Shown: positions 22,470-34,080 of the stretch, piece after piece
Numbering within the stretch: position 1 is the first letter of the stretch
How the letters are laid out: each line of letters opens with the position of its first letter
Assembly: GCF_001194135.2 (NCBI RefSeq)
Contig: NC_068985.1
Span: 33,825,503-33,862,953 of the forward strand
DNA: 37,451 bases
From: Octopus bimaculoides
Taxonomy: Eukaryota
Reading direction: 5' to 3'
Translations under genes and position numbers: made by a program
Notes under the pieces: generated by a model
Database searches by the model: none
Seen by the model: only the letters and a program-made list of their open reading frames with translations
Told to the model about the DNA's origin: nothing

Positions 22470-22640
22470 TTCAAATTTTGGCATAAGCCAGCAATTTCGG
22501 GGGAGGGGATAAATCGAGTACATTGACCCCTGTATTCAACTAGTACTTATTTTATCGACTCCGAAAGGATGAAAGGTAAAGTCGACCGCGACGGAATTTG
22601 ATAAAAATATATAAAGACGGACGAAATGCCGCTAAGCATA
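22470..22640 (-). mobile_element. tRNA-derived SINE (same family as 14196-14410)
   Basis: gtacttattttatcgactccgaaaggatgaaaggtaaagtcgacc core. Confidence 0.75.
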
Positions 22641-22694
22641 TAATGCAAACTGCACAATTAAGAGTTCGTAACCAAGTACACGATTTCTTATAAA

Positions 22695-22764
22695 GGAATC
22701 AAACCGTTTATAGAGATAAAACCGTTATAGAGATAAAACCGTTATAGGAATCAAACCGTTCATA
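22695..22764. repeat. Minisatellite, 4 x 17-18 bp with an AACCGTT core
   Basis: ggaatcaaaccgtttata / gagataaaaccgttata x2 / ggaatcaaaccgttcata. Confidence 0.95.
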
Positions 22765-23021
22765 ACTAAAAGTTGATATAATATTAGAAGCAAAGAAACA
22801 AAAATAATACTTCTATTTTTAATTTTTTATAACTGAGTAATACTCGCCTTCAGAAAAAATAACAATCATTAAATACAAACATAAGTTTTTACACTTAAAT
22901 ATCCAACATCCATCTATTTCATAACTAACATTTTAAAAAGGCACGATATATAAAGAAACAAAGATTTGTTCTAAATCAATGCAAATTTTGTAAATAAAAG
23001 AGAACTAAATGGAAAATATAC

Positions 23022-23075
23022 CTCGGTAATTCCTGAAAGTGCCAACAACTTGATTATCCCGCCATTTAAACTGAA
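23022..23075 (-). other. SMC4: Probable non-coding first exon (5' UTR) of SMC4; 5' boundary approximate
   Basis: The start-codon exon begins with an acceptor, so an upstream exon is needed. A donor CGAG|gtatat lies at 23021 inside a CpG-enriched region next to promoter motifs. Confidence 0.55.
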
Positions 23076-23158
23076 CTACAGGCACAATGATTGGATAATA
23101 TTTTGTGAAGTACAGAAATACGCATGCTCAGATCGTCTGAGCATTTCGTATACTTCCG
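23059..23158 (-). promoter_or_regulatory. Putative SMC4 core promoter: YY1-like AATGGCGG (23059-23066), CCAAT box (23090-23094), NRF1-like CGCATGC (23121-23127), ETS CGGAAGT (23152-23158)
   Basis: Motifs read directly and clustered within 100 bp of a locally CpG-rich region; YY1 and ETS motifs point in the SMC4 direction. Function is inferred from vertebrate motif knowledge. Confidence 0.55.
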
Positions 23159-24377
23159 ATAGAAAAGGCTATTTTTGGTGATGCAAAGAAGATAGAACTC
23201 AAAACATTGAGTGTTTATATATATATATTCATATATATCAATATAAAAAATTGCAAAAATTACAGGGTGACTTAAGGGTCAATAGTTTCATTCATTGGTA
23301 CTTATCAAATGTTAGAATAGCGATATTTAGTTACTTCCCTTCGCGGTCTACGTTGAAATCAATTCGATATTTTGCGTTTTATTTTTTAGTAGTCGTCAAT
23401 CGACTGTACCTCTGCATCAAATCATTATTTTACTTCTTCGTATAAAATTTTCCTTATAGTTATTAATTTATTGAATCCATACATTATGGAACCAAATTTA
23501 AAAGCAGTACAATACAGTAAATGCGCAAACATGTGCGCAACTTTTTCATATCCCAATTTCGATTCGAAAACTTTTGGGAAATTTTGAAATATTAAAATTG
23601 TTGAAAGATTTTAAAATTAAAAACACAGTCATAATCTCAGACGTTTAAAAACATGAATCTGAAAGAAAAAAACATCTCAAAATATTAAAACTGAAAAATT
23701 ACGGAAAGGAAGGAGGTGCAAATCGGTTTTTTCTTGTTTTATAGAAAAAAATTTTTTTTAACTAATCTGTGATGCTTAAAACATACTCATCTGAAAGATT
23801 AAGGTTTTGCTCAAGCTAATTTCCGACTCTATTGCATAGAAATGTCCTACAGTATTACTTCATTTTATCAACCCATTCCCATCTAGATGAAAGATAGTGT
23901 TGACTTCAGCAGGATTTGAACTCAGAACGTAAAGGGTATTATTTTAACATGGTATATTACATGAAGTATCCCCCATTCCCATATATTAAAGTAGTTGCAG
24001 TTGCAGCTTCCATCAAACTTAAGCTAAAAGACCCATTACAGTAGTCATTCTTAAAGTTAGTGTTATTTCATAATGAGAGTGGAAGCATTGGAATTACTGG
24101 GGTGAGCTATAAATAAAGCATTCTAAAGGGAGTGAAGATTTGTTGCTATCACTTGGAAATTTCCTTTGTTATTATCTTTTATACTGTTGTTAACAAAACT
24201 TTTTGGATTATTTTATTAAGCAGAGGACACTAGAAATGAATATTGTATTTAGAGCCAAGTAAGTGATGGCTCCAAAATTCTGAGAATTATCGTAAGATCA
24301 AAATCATTCAGAATATCTGGTTCAAGTTTTGCTTTTTAGCATGTAGTTTTGTCAGTATTTTAAATTCAAATCCTGTT

Positions 24378-24437
24378 TGAGTCAACTGAGACTTTCTTCC
24401 ATTCTGAGTCAATTGAGACTTTCTTCCATCCTGAGTC
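24378..24437. repeat. 27-bp tandem duplication (2.2 copies) in a SINE remnant
   Basis: tgagtcaa(c/t)tgagactttcttccat(t/c)c repeated. Confidence 0.9.
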
Positions 24438-25089
24438 TATCAAATGTAATAGCAGTTATACTAGTTCAATTTATTAATTTGACCAACGTTGGAAATCAGT
24501 AGTGTTTAGCATAACAACATTTTCTTTTCAAATAAAACTGTCTTACTGACCATTTAAAAGTACATTTAATAAAGTACAGAATAAAGCAGTTCTTATGACT
24601 TTAATATCAATTTTCATAATGAATTTTTCTTTAGTGTAGGTTGCAGACCATTAGCAGTATAAAAGAAATAGCTTATTGGAAAGTTTTAGAATCAAAACTG
24701 TCTTACAGATTAGACCTTTTAAACACTTATTTCTCATTCTATAACATTTCTTAATACCAAACTGTTGTACACTGCCTCAACTGCAGCTATCACCAGAATT
24801 TAGTGTTATACAGGACCAGACTGAAACAATGGAAAAAACAACATAACTGGACTGTCACATCACAAACTACTAGATATTAAAACAAATGAGAGAATTTCTA
24901 CATGGTCACTTGAACTTCTAGATATAACACCCAAATTTACCTCAAGTCACCCAATTGTCTTAAGAAAAGGGAAAACACATTAGACAATGTAATTCTAAAG
25001 ATACAAAAAAGATAGGGTTTTTCAAGACTTGAGCAACTATAATGAACAGAGCTGCTTGAGAAGACACGTCAAGCTAAGTAAAATCCATG

Positions 25090-25683
25090 TCCATGCCCAC
25101 CTCTCTCCCCCACAACCCAACCATGCTCACCACCAGTTTCCTTTGCTCCTCTCCATTCTCCTTCACATTCATACCTGCACACAATATGTCTCTGTTAAAT
25201 CCCTTCCCCACAACATATCCTCCTAATATCCCCTCTATCAACCAGTGCCCCACCTCTAACTCCCATCCTCCTTGTGAACTCACCCACCCATTCATCCTCT
25301 CCAATCCCTGATCCACTTCACTATATACACCTCCTTGTACCTTGGGGGTTACATATTCACCATTTTTCTCTCTGCTCTCACTTTCCATCTGAGATAGCCA
25401 TGTTTATCTTCTCATGCAAGACACCTTTTCTGTCCCTCAATACTACTCCCCATAACTGAGGGGGTTTTGTCTTGCAAGTTACTTGGTGACCTCACTGCTG
25501 CTGGTGCCACATAAAAAGCACCTAGTACACCCTATTAAGTAGTTGGTGTTAGAAAGGGCATCCAGCCATAGAAACTATGTCAAAACAGACAGCAGAGCTT
25601 GGTGCAGTCTTCTGACTTGCCAGTTCCTGTCAAATCAACTAATCCACGCCAGCATGGAAGGAGGACCTTAAGTGATGATGATG
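25090..25683 (+). mobile_element. Old retroposon: pyrimidine-rich 5' part plus RTE-type 3' end with (GAT)n
   Basis: 3' part matches the tail family; 25290-25520 resembles the reverse complement of 35810-36060. Confidence 0.6.
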
Positions 25684-26600
25684 TCTCTGGTACTAAAAAG
25701 ATTCTCATCTGTGCAGAAATTTCCACATAGCTATACTGATACACCAGTAATTTAACCAACTATAATACCCTCGTACAAATCTGTGGAATAAATTTCAATG
25801 CAAGAAATCTATATTTTAAAGTAGAAATAATAGAACGTCAAAAGGACTTTTGAAATCTTTTATTATAAAGAAAATGCAGGAAATTACTGACTGCACAATC
25901 TTTTCCTTCCCTCTCTCTGAAGCAAAATGGGTTTTCTATTGAATGCTTTGGAGGCTTAAGATTTGCATATAACTCACTCCTGACAATATTTCTTAATTTA
26001 CTGCTGGCAGCAACAGCAGAGAAGCAAGAAATGAGTGGGTGGGAGGAGTGTGGCGAAAGAGTAAGTGTAAAGAGTGCTCAATAGCCTAAGGAATTTACAT
26101 TTTCTCAGATTACTGAGAAGAGGAAGACAAGAGAGAGAGAGAGAGCAATGATATTAAAATGACTAGAATAAGTGGTATGAAGAAAAAGGTGGGGTTATTT
26201 GGAGTGGAGTTAAGAATGTAGTGATTAACAGCAACAGAGGTGGACAAAGGTAAAGGTGGGTAATGAGATAAAGTCAAGACTAGGTGATGAGTGTCAACAA
26301 AAGTGGCCCAGGGGAGAGAGAGAGTGATGGTGGGCAGTAGATAATAGCAAAGTTAGAGTGTATTGGATAGGGAGATGAAGGTGGTCTGATACAGTCTCTT
26401 ATTGACAATCCTCATGAAGGGCAAGAGAGTCAGAGTGATGAAGATAATGTGGTCAGTACATATGGTAGGGTGATGAGAGTTATGAATGAAAGAAACATAA
26501 GCAATGGGTAGATGAGAAGTAAGAGTCAACTATGCATGATGAGAGGGAAGCAAATGTAGGTTTTGCAGGGTATAAAACACTACTCTTGTGTCAAGGTATA

Positions 26601-27600
26601 TTTTACCATGGATGGTTGAGTCTTCTACAGTACAATGTATCACCAATCAGTACAATCATTTGTTATCTCTTCTGTTAAGTACAGCATCTTCACTTCACCA
26701 TTCCAAGTCTTTCTTGGTCTTTCTTTTCCACAGGTTCCACTAACTTGGAATACTCATCACTTCCTTATGCGGAGTCATCCTACATACACATCACACCAGG
26801 ACAGTCTTCTCTCTTGCATTCTACACTTGATTTCTCTTATACTCAATTTTTCTCTCAGCCACACACGGTACTCTTGTAATGGATGTGTAATGCACATGAC
26901 ATTACACATCCATTGGAGCATGCTTGCCTCATTTCTCTTTAGTCTTTACAAATTTTCTGCATTTAAGGTCCATGTCTCTCTAAGAGAGAAATCATTTGTA
27001 ACCAGCAGAGGTAATAGCTCCCTGATTGCTTTTCCAACCTGCTCTTACCCTTGCTACTATACTTTATGAACAACCACCTCCACTGCTAATAAGATCATAT
27101 GAGTAGTAAAAGCTACTCCTGGTAAGCCAGATAAGAAGTTAAGAGTTTACTTCAGTGCACTCCTAGTACATATTACTCCAGTGCATCTACCACATACATA
27201 TCTTGCTTTCTCTGAATGCCTACCTCTGATTTCATCCACTTCTCACATATCCAAAGGTTACACTGGGTACAGCAAACAATTCCTACTCACTCTTTATCTG
27301 CATATAGAGCAAGGCCATTTCCCTGATAATACTGGCGTCTTTTCTTCTTCCCTACTTTCTAACACCTTACTCTTTGCTAAGTTGACCTTGAGACTTTTTG
27401 ATTCTAGGTTTTGCCTCCATGCCAGAAGTTTCTTCTCTAATCATACTACAGATTCAGTTATAAAAATTAGATCATCAACATATAGGAGGTCACATGGACA
27501 GCTACTCTTAAATTCCTATGCGATGTCCTGTAGGACAATGATGAATTGAAGGAGGCTTAGGACTTTCTAATATTCTATTTCCAATACTTTTGAGGAGTAA
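26601..27600 (-). mobile_element. 5'-truncated, decayed RTE-clade LINE (ORF2 RT end, Cys-rich insert, C-terminus)
   Basis: Minus strand reads VLSLLQFIIVLQ..CPCDLLYVDDL (YVDD at 27471-27482), WRQNLESKSLKVNLAKSKV, GKWPCSICR..CTQCNLW, ARVRAGWK, ETWTLNAE..RNEASML.WMC and RPRKTW. Confidence 0.88.
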
Positions 27601-28927
27601 GTTTGTAATGGGAAACCTTGCCATGATTTTATCTACTAAACTTGTATTCTGCTAATTGAAGACACAAAACCCATTTTTAAAAGTTCTGTTTGACCTTTCT
27701 AACTGCTGTCTTATTAAATTATCTGCTTAACTCCATAAGTAGACAGAGAGTTCATTCTGACTTTCTGACAGAGCCACAGAAATGGGAAAGATCACACTTT
27801 GGCTCATGGGCTCTTAGCTGAAGAAACAACAGCCAGTTACCTCATATTAAGTGCAACACAACCAGCTATGACCAAAATTATGAAAATAACTGAATACTAC
27901 TAAGTGGCAAGTCATCCAACCAATCACAATAAACATTTTCACAACCATATATATTGCCTCACAAACACATATATTTGTACACTTCAATTGACAGAAATTC
28001 AATAATAAATTTTTGTAAATGTTCATGAATAAATACATGGCTGCCCACAAGCACTTCTCATTAGGAATTCCAGAAGAAGCTTTGTAAGACCACTGTAGAG
28101 AGACGCTTCCAAAAAAAATTTCAGTAACCGTTGGAAAATCAATTATAGCAGTGACTTGATCAATTCCCAGCAATGTCTGAAGAAGGAATTTTTATATTCC
28201 AAAACATATCAGACTATGGAAAGTTAAATCATAACAGTTATTATTATAGTCCATTCTGCTCAACTGGTTAAGGTCAATCAAATCTGTGGTATTGACCAGA
28301 GTATTTGCTGTAGCCCATCTTTTATACCAAGACAAAACAATGTACATGATAACACTTCCAATCATTTAAGATCAGAAACTTTGAGAGCCACTACCTGGCA
28401 CTACATCAGGGCATTTATTATTATTATTATCATCATCATCATCATCATTATTATTATTATTAAGCTATTACAAGCTTGGGCTGGTGAGCTGTAATATACT
28501 GCAATATTTCCACAGCTGTCCCCTTCTTTACAAAGATCAGACTCTCCTTTTTCTATTAATCCGAGAAATTCTTAATCTCTTGAAATTGTCTTTCACTTTC
28601 ACTGAAACTCTCTAACAATTGCCACTAGGTTTTTCAATTAAGAATTTTTTGCATGTGGCATTCAGTATATCAACCCTTTCACTTGATTATCCAAATTTGA
28701 ATTATTTTCCTTAATTCATTTTACAATCAATGAATGTCCAGTTTGTTCACAGGACTAACTTTAACCCTCTTACTGCATCCATTCAAAATTACTTTTAACT
28801 GCAGAAAGTAGTTTTACATACCAATCTATATTTTACTCAGGAATATTATGTTTGAAACTATTTTCTGTTGAGTTTATTGAGTCAATGTGACTTGCAGAAA
28901 ATACCAATTCTATTTTTTGGTAGATAT

Positions 28928-29187
28928 TTAACCCTTCAGCATTTAAAGATATACTCTACCTTTCTTCTGTTCAAACTGGTCAGATCCAGCTTCTGAAACC
29001 TATCTGAAATGTTATTCTTAAAATAAATAACCACATAATCAAAATCTCGAAACTATGAGATAATGCATGATATCTCAAAAGAATGTGTATAAATATGCAT
29101 TACATTTGACAGGATAATCTGAATGCTAAATAATCAATATCATTACTGGAATAGCTGTGGAATTTAATTTCACTGTGAAAGGGTTAA
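28928..29187 (+). mobile_element. piggyBac-family MITE related to the 8249-11107 element
   Basis: TTAA|cccttcagc ... aaaggg|TTAA; both subterminal regions resemble the two ends of the large piggyBac. Confidence 0.75.
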
Positions 29188-29899
29188 TTCTTCCTTTGGG
29201 TCTGAAACAGGGAGCCACTTTTATTTTACCTACTCAAAGAAATCTTCAAACTGACAAAAATTACCAGAAATTTAATCTTCCTCTAAAACCTCTAACTGAG
29301 TAGTATTGTTGCTAGAAAGAAGGAAAAAGCATTCTCCAAAAAAAAAAAATTATCTTTAAGATATTTTATTTTAACAGTTAAATTCTTGCACATAACAACA
29401 TGCATACCAAATAAGCCATTCTATTTTGGGCTAATGAAACTGCTTAATTACTTCACAAGTTGTTTTATCTGAGATAGGGTGTGGCATTTTCCAGTGAGAT
29501 GATGTCAGTGGCTGTACATGAAGATTACAAATGATATAGCACCCACAACATTGCTTCACTATTCTACTTGTGTATAGTTATTTATTCAACCAGTTACTCT
29601 AGTTAGACAACTATTTTCTTTTATTTACTTTATATCTGTTCAGCACATTTGTTTCCTATAGTCAAGTCATATGACTAAACTGGGATTGACAGTACATGTA
29701 CATGTAAGAAAGGAGGAGGGTGGGAAAGAGTAAGTAAAAAAGACAGAAAGCACATGTGCAAGAGGAGTGGGCCACTACACCATTAATAGGAAGAAAATGA
29801 GTGTATGACCTACAACACATGTAAATATATATAGAAAGAGAGAAGAGGTGACATTACTATTATTTTGTACTTATTAAAGTTCCTTATAATGTTTTATGT

Positions 29900-29926
29900 C
29901 CTTACATATATATGCATATACACATG

Positions 29927-29964
<38 letters not shown>

Positions 29965-30478
29965 ATATACAATATATATGTATATAATATATACATATAT
30001 ATTTACAATATATATACATAATATATATATATANNNNNNNNNNNNNNNNNNNNNNNNNNNNNNNNNNNNNNNNNNNNNNNNNNNNNNNNNNNNNNNNNNN
30101 NNNNNNNNNNNNNNNNNNNNNNNNNNNNNNNNNNNNNNNNNNNNNNNNNNNNNNNNNNNNNNNNNNNNNNNNNNNNNNNNNNNNNNNNNNNNNNNNNNNN
30201 NNNNNNNNNNNNNNNNNNNNNNNNNNNNNNNNNNNNNNNNNNNNNNNNNNNNNNNNNNNNNNNNNNNNNNNNNNNNNNNNNNNNNNNNNNNNNNNNNNNN
30301 NNNNNNNNNNNNNNNNNNNNNNNNNNNNNNNNNNNNNNNNNNNNNNNNNNNNNNNNNNNNNNNNNNNNNNNNNNNNNNNNNNNNNNNNNNNNNNNNNNNN
30401 NNNNNNNNNNNNNNNNNNNNNNNNNNNNNNNNNNNNNNNNNNNNNNNNNNNNNNNNNNNNNNNNNNNNNNNNNNNNNN

Positions 30479-30513
<35 letters not shown>
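29900..30513. repeat. (TA)n-rich microsatellite region containing a 445-N gap (30034-30478)
   Basis: Read directly. Confidence 0.97.
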
Positions 30514-30515
<2 letters not shown>

Positions 30516-32867
30516 CAAACACATATTAAAATATATTTAATACTGATGCATAGAGAGCTGGTGGTGGATCAAGCATTATTTTTGGGATCATTTATATTCA
30601 TTACCCATCTCCTCATTGGTTGATTTTTGTCAACAGAAATTGTATTATTAAAGTTTAAAAAAGCATATATAGTTATACATTGGCGTACTTACTCAGTGAT
30701 TTATTAGCAGCTTCTACATAAAAACAATTCTGTTGAGTGAAAAAAAAAGTCAGTTTCATAATAGGATTTATAGGCTAGATTTATGAATAGCCAACAAAAT
30801 CAGATTTTAACATGTTTTTTTTTTCACCTTAATGAAACTAATCAAATTATGAAGGAATTTTGTTGAATTTCGAACCAAATTTTTCTGTATTTTATTGTGT
30901 GTATTTTCACCAAATCAAATTTGTTCGTAGGAAGAAACAATTACAAGGTAAATAATTATTTATCAAAATTTCTTCTAAAAATTCTAATAATGAATCTGAA
31001 ACTCAGACACATATCCACTGTCAAATTGGGGCATATATTAAATATAGATATTTGCAAATAATAACTATATCTACCACAACCTACACACACATACACAAAT
31101 CCATAAATATGTGTGTACACGTGTATATATCTGTATATGTTTGTATGTATGTATTTATGTATATATGTATATATATAAATGTGTACATGTATATATATGT
31201 TTGTGTATATATATAAATATATATATGCGAGTAAAAATAAATACAAAAAAAGGGGGGGGGGTTGTATGATTGTGTATAGAGGAATACATTATTTTGTTTA
31301 AAAGAGTTCCAACACTGTCTGTTTTTTATGTTTTATTTATATTCCTGCAAAACCAATGTGGGATATATATATATATTTATATATATATATTTGTATATAT
31401 ATATATATTTGTATATTTGTTTTTATGTCAAGTTATATGTTGTCAAGTTATATTTAACATTAAACTGAAAGATTACTCAATGCTTTTTGTAGAGTACATG
31501 TTTATTAAACTTTTACAAGGAAAAGGCTGACTGGCTTTTTGAAGTTTTGCCTTGCTTTCCTTCATCAGCTAATTTTAGTAACATGTATTCCAGGAAAACC
31601 TGGTGCATGGTCATGTCATCCATGACTAAACCAGCAACCTTACTAGGCCTGCTTGTATGTGTGTGTGTATGTGTGTGTATGCATGACTATAAACATGAAG
31701 CATGAGATATAATTTTCACTGTGAATAATTGTGTACGTGTTTGAGTATATTTCCTTGTGTCTATCTATTTATCTATCTATTTTTGTTTGTCTCTGTTTCT
31801 CTGTCTGTCCGTCTGTCTATCTATCTTTCTCCTTACCTATCTGTCTATGTTGTTCAAATACACGCCATTGGCTACTCTGAGCTATTTCTTTTGTCTCAGT
31901 TTAGCTTAAATTATGCAGATTACCTAAACTGTAGATGTGTTCTACTCTTTTTGTCCTAGTCTAAGAAGTTCCTTGGCTACTGGACAGAAAGTGAGACAAT
32001 CATCATGTTAATAATGCCTATTGAGGTATTGAGGCAGAAACATGTGTTCTCTTATCTCCAAACAGTAAGCTTGTCTATTTCCTGGATGGGATGTCAACTT
32101 TGGAGAATTTTTGATCGTTGAAACTATCTCCCCCTCTCATATAGAGCTGGTCTCATTAACCATTTGGTAATTATGACACATCCACTAGAGGCAGGGACAA
32201 TTTTAACAAATCAAGAATTTATGTTGTATGTTGTCTGTTTTTGAAATAGATGCCACTGGCCACTCTTAGCTGATTTTGTCAGCAAAACCAACATAACATC
32301 AACACCAAAATCATTATAGCCATTGCCATTAACATTAACAACCAACCAACCAACCAACAACAGCAACAATAGTATGAACGAAAATAAAACAATCATATGA
32401 AATGATGTAGTACCCTAATGTATTTTAAAAGTTGAATGACATATAGTTGGTCTTAGGTCAATAAGGATTGACCTGTGACAAAACTATACAGACAATACAA
32501 TTAACAAGATCAAAACGACTGTTGCCACCACCAACAATACCCCTACTGTCACTATCACTATTATTATCATCACCAAAACTCATACAACCAATACCATCAC
32601 AACCAACCTGTTAATTTTTAAATAACTAGCAACAATAAGGAAGTATCAGCATACAAACAATGTCTCTAGCTACATGTTATTTGTCAATACAATGGAGAGT
32701 GAGTGTGTATGTGTGTGTGTGAGAGAGAGAGAGTGAGACAGAGAAAGAGAGAGAGAGCAAGAAAATGTGATTGTTGAGTGTGGAGTTTTTATGGCTTTCA
32801 TTAAAGATGAATCTAGTAACGTTTCTGTCGTCCATACTGCATATTAAACTTGGTATTTTAAAAAGAT

Positions 32868-34080
32868 TTGATGCAGGAGAAAATGGTCAGCCACATTGCC
32901 AAAATATTAAAGTATGTGATGTCTACAGTGAGAACAGTGTATGAAAACAGACAAAAAAGTGGTCAAAAAGATACTTTGTTAACTACTCAGACCTTATTTA
33001 ATAAGATGCTTAAAAATAGAATGGCTTTTGAGAGTATGAATCAAACATCAGACCTGAAATAATGCACCAATAAGAATGATGTTATTAAAAAAAAACAGTC
33101 AAAAGTTTGTATGACAATTTACAGTGACAGTCTGTTATAGAGACATTGAGCATGCTTTGGCAAGCTTACGGTGATGAGGCAATGGATCATACACAATGTT
33201 TCACGTGGCACAGACACTTCAAAAGTGGAAGAATGTCCCTGAAAGACGATGAGCAATCTGGCAGGCCTGTCACAAGCGTCACCCCTAGAAATGTGGTATT
33301 GTGCATTCCAAAAGTGGCAAGAATGCTGGGACCAGTAATTGATGTGCAAGGTAACTAGATCAAAGGAGGTGGTATTAAAACTTAGGTAAACAGGTTATTT
33401 ATTATTAAATATAAGCAGCCTGGGAACCTTTTGATACTACATGTACAATATTGATGAAACTATACTTTTGGAAGATCATGTTTGCTAGAACCTTTATTTC
33501 TCAAGAAGACAAAATTAGTACCTGGATTTAAAGCTTTAAGAAATTGTCCAATAATTTCTTTTGGGAGGAAATCCTACAAGTGAAATTAAATTGAAGGCCC
33601 TTCTCGTGTATCACTTAAAAAATCCAAAGGCTTTCAATGGATATGCAAAGTTTTATTTACCTCTAATTTGGTATTTAAATAAGAAGGTTTGGATAGCTAA
33701 GAGCATTTAGAATGGTTTACAAACAAATTTTGTAGTACTGTAAATACGAACAGGGCTAGACAAAATATTTCCAACAAAGCACTGCTCCTTTTAGAAAATG
33801 CAACAAGCTACCCTGTGAACTCAAATGAGCTTTCTGATAATGCGAGAGTAGAATATATCCTCAAGAATACAACTTCTTTGCTCCAGCCTATGGATCAACG
33901 TGTGAGAGCTAACGGCCAGGCATATTATCCAAGAAGAACTTTCAAGTAACTTAAAAAAGAAATTGAGAGGAAGGATATACGTACAGTTTAAAATTTCTAG
34001 GAAGAAGTTCAACATCTTATGACTCACACTCTAACAATTTTGATCATTAAAATCATCAGTGTGTGGCCTGAAGCAAATAC
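32868..34080 (+). mobile_element. Decayed pogo/Tigger (CENP-B-like DDE) transposon
   Basis: Fragments SHIAKILKYVMSTVRTV, YNIDET, FWK..RTFISQE..PGFKA, KLKALLVYH..NPKAF..LPLIW..NKKVW, and LLLLENA..KNTTSLLQPMDQ.V..AYYPRRTF. Confidence 0.8.
33131..33295 (+). mobile_element. mariner transposase N-terminal HTH fragment nested in the Tigger relic
   Basis: ETLSMLWQAYGDEAMDHTQCFTWHRHFKSGRMSLKDDEQSGRPVTS is a Mos1-type HTH/SGRP motif. Confidence 0.82.

Noticed and set aside
23054-23070. Canonical CDE/CHR element
   Set aside because: TTTAAA is present, but the GC-rich element is not at the 4-nt spacing or side required; a YY1 reading fits better.
24378-24411. Paired AP-1 (TGAGTCA) sites
   Set aside because: Explained by a 27-bp duplication inside a SINE remnant; no other support.
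31583-31654. MYSRKTWCMVMSSMTKPATLLGLL followed by gtatgt, resembling a signal-peptide first exon
   Set aside because: The donor-like GT is the start of a (GT)n microsatellite and no downstream exon could be linked.
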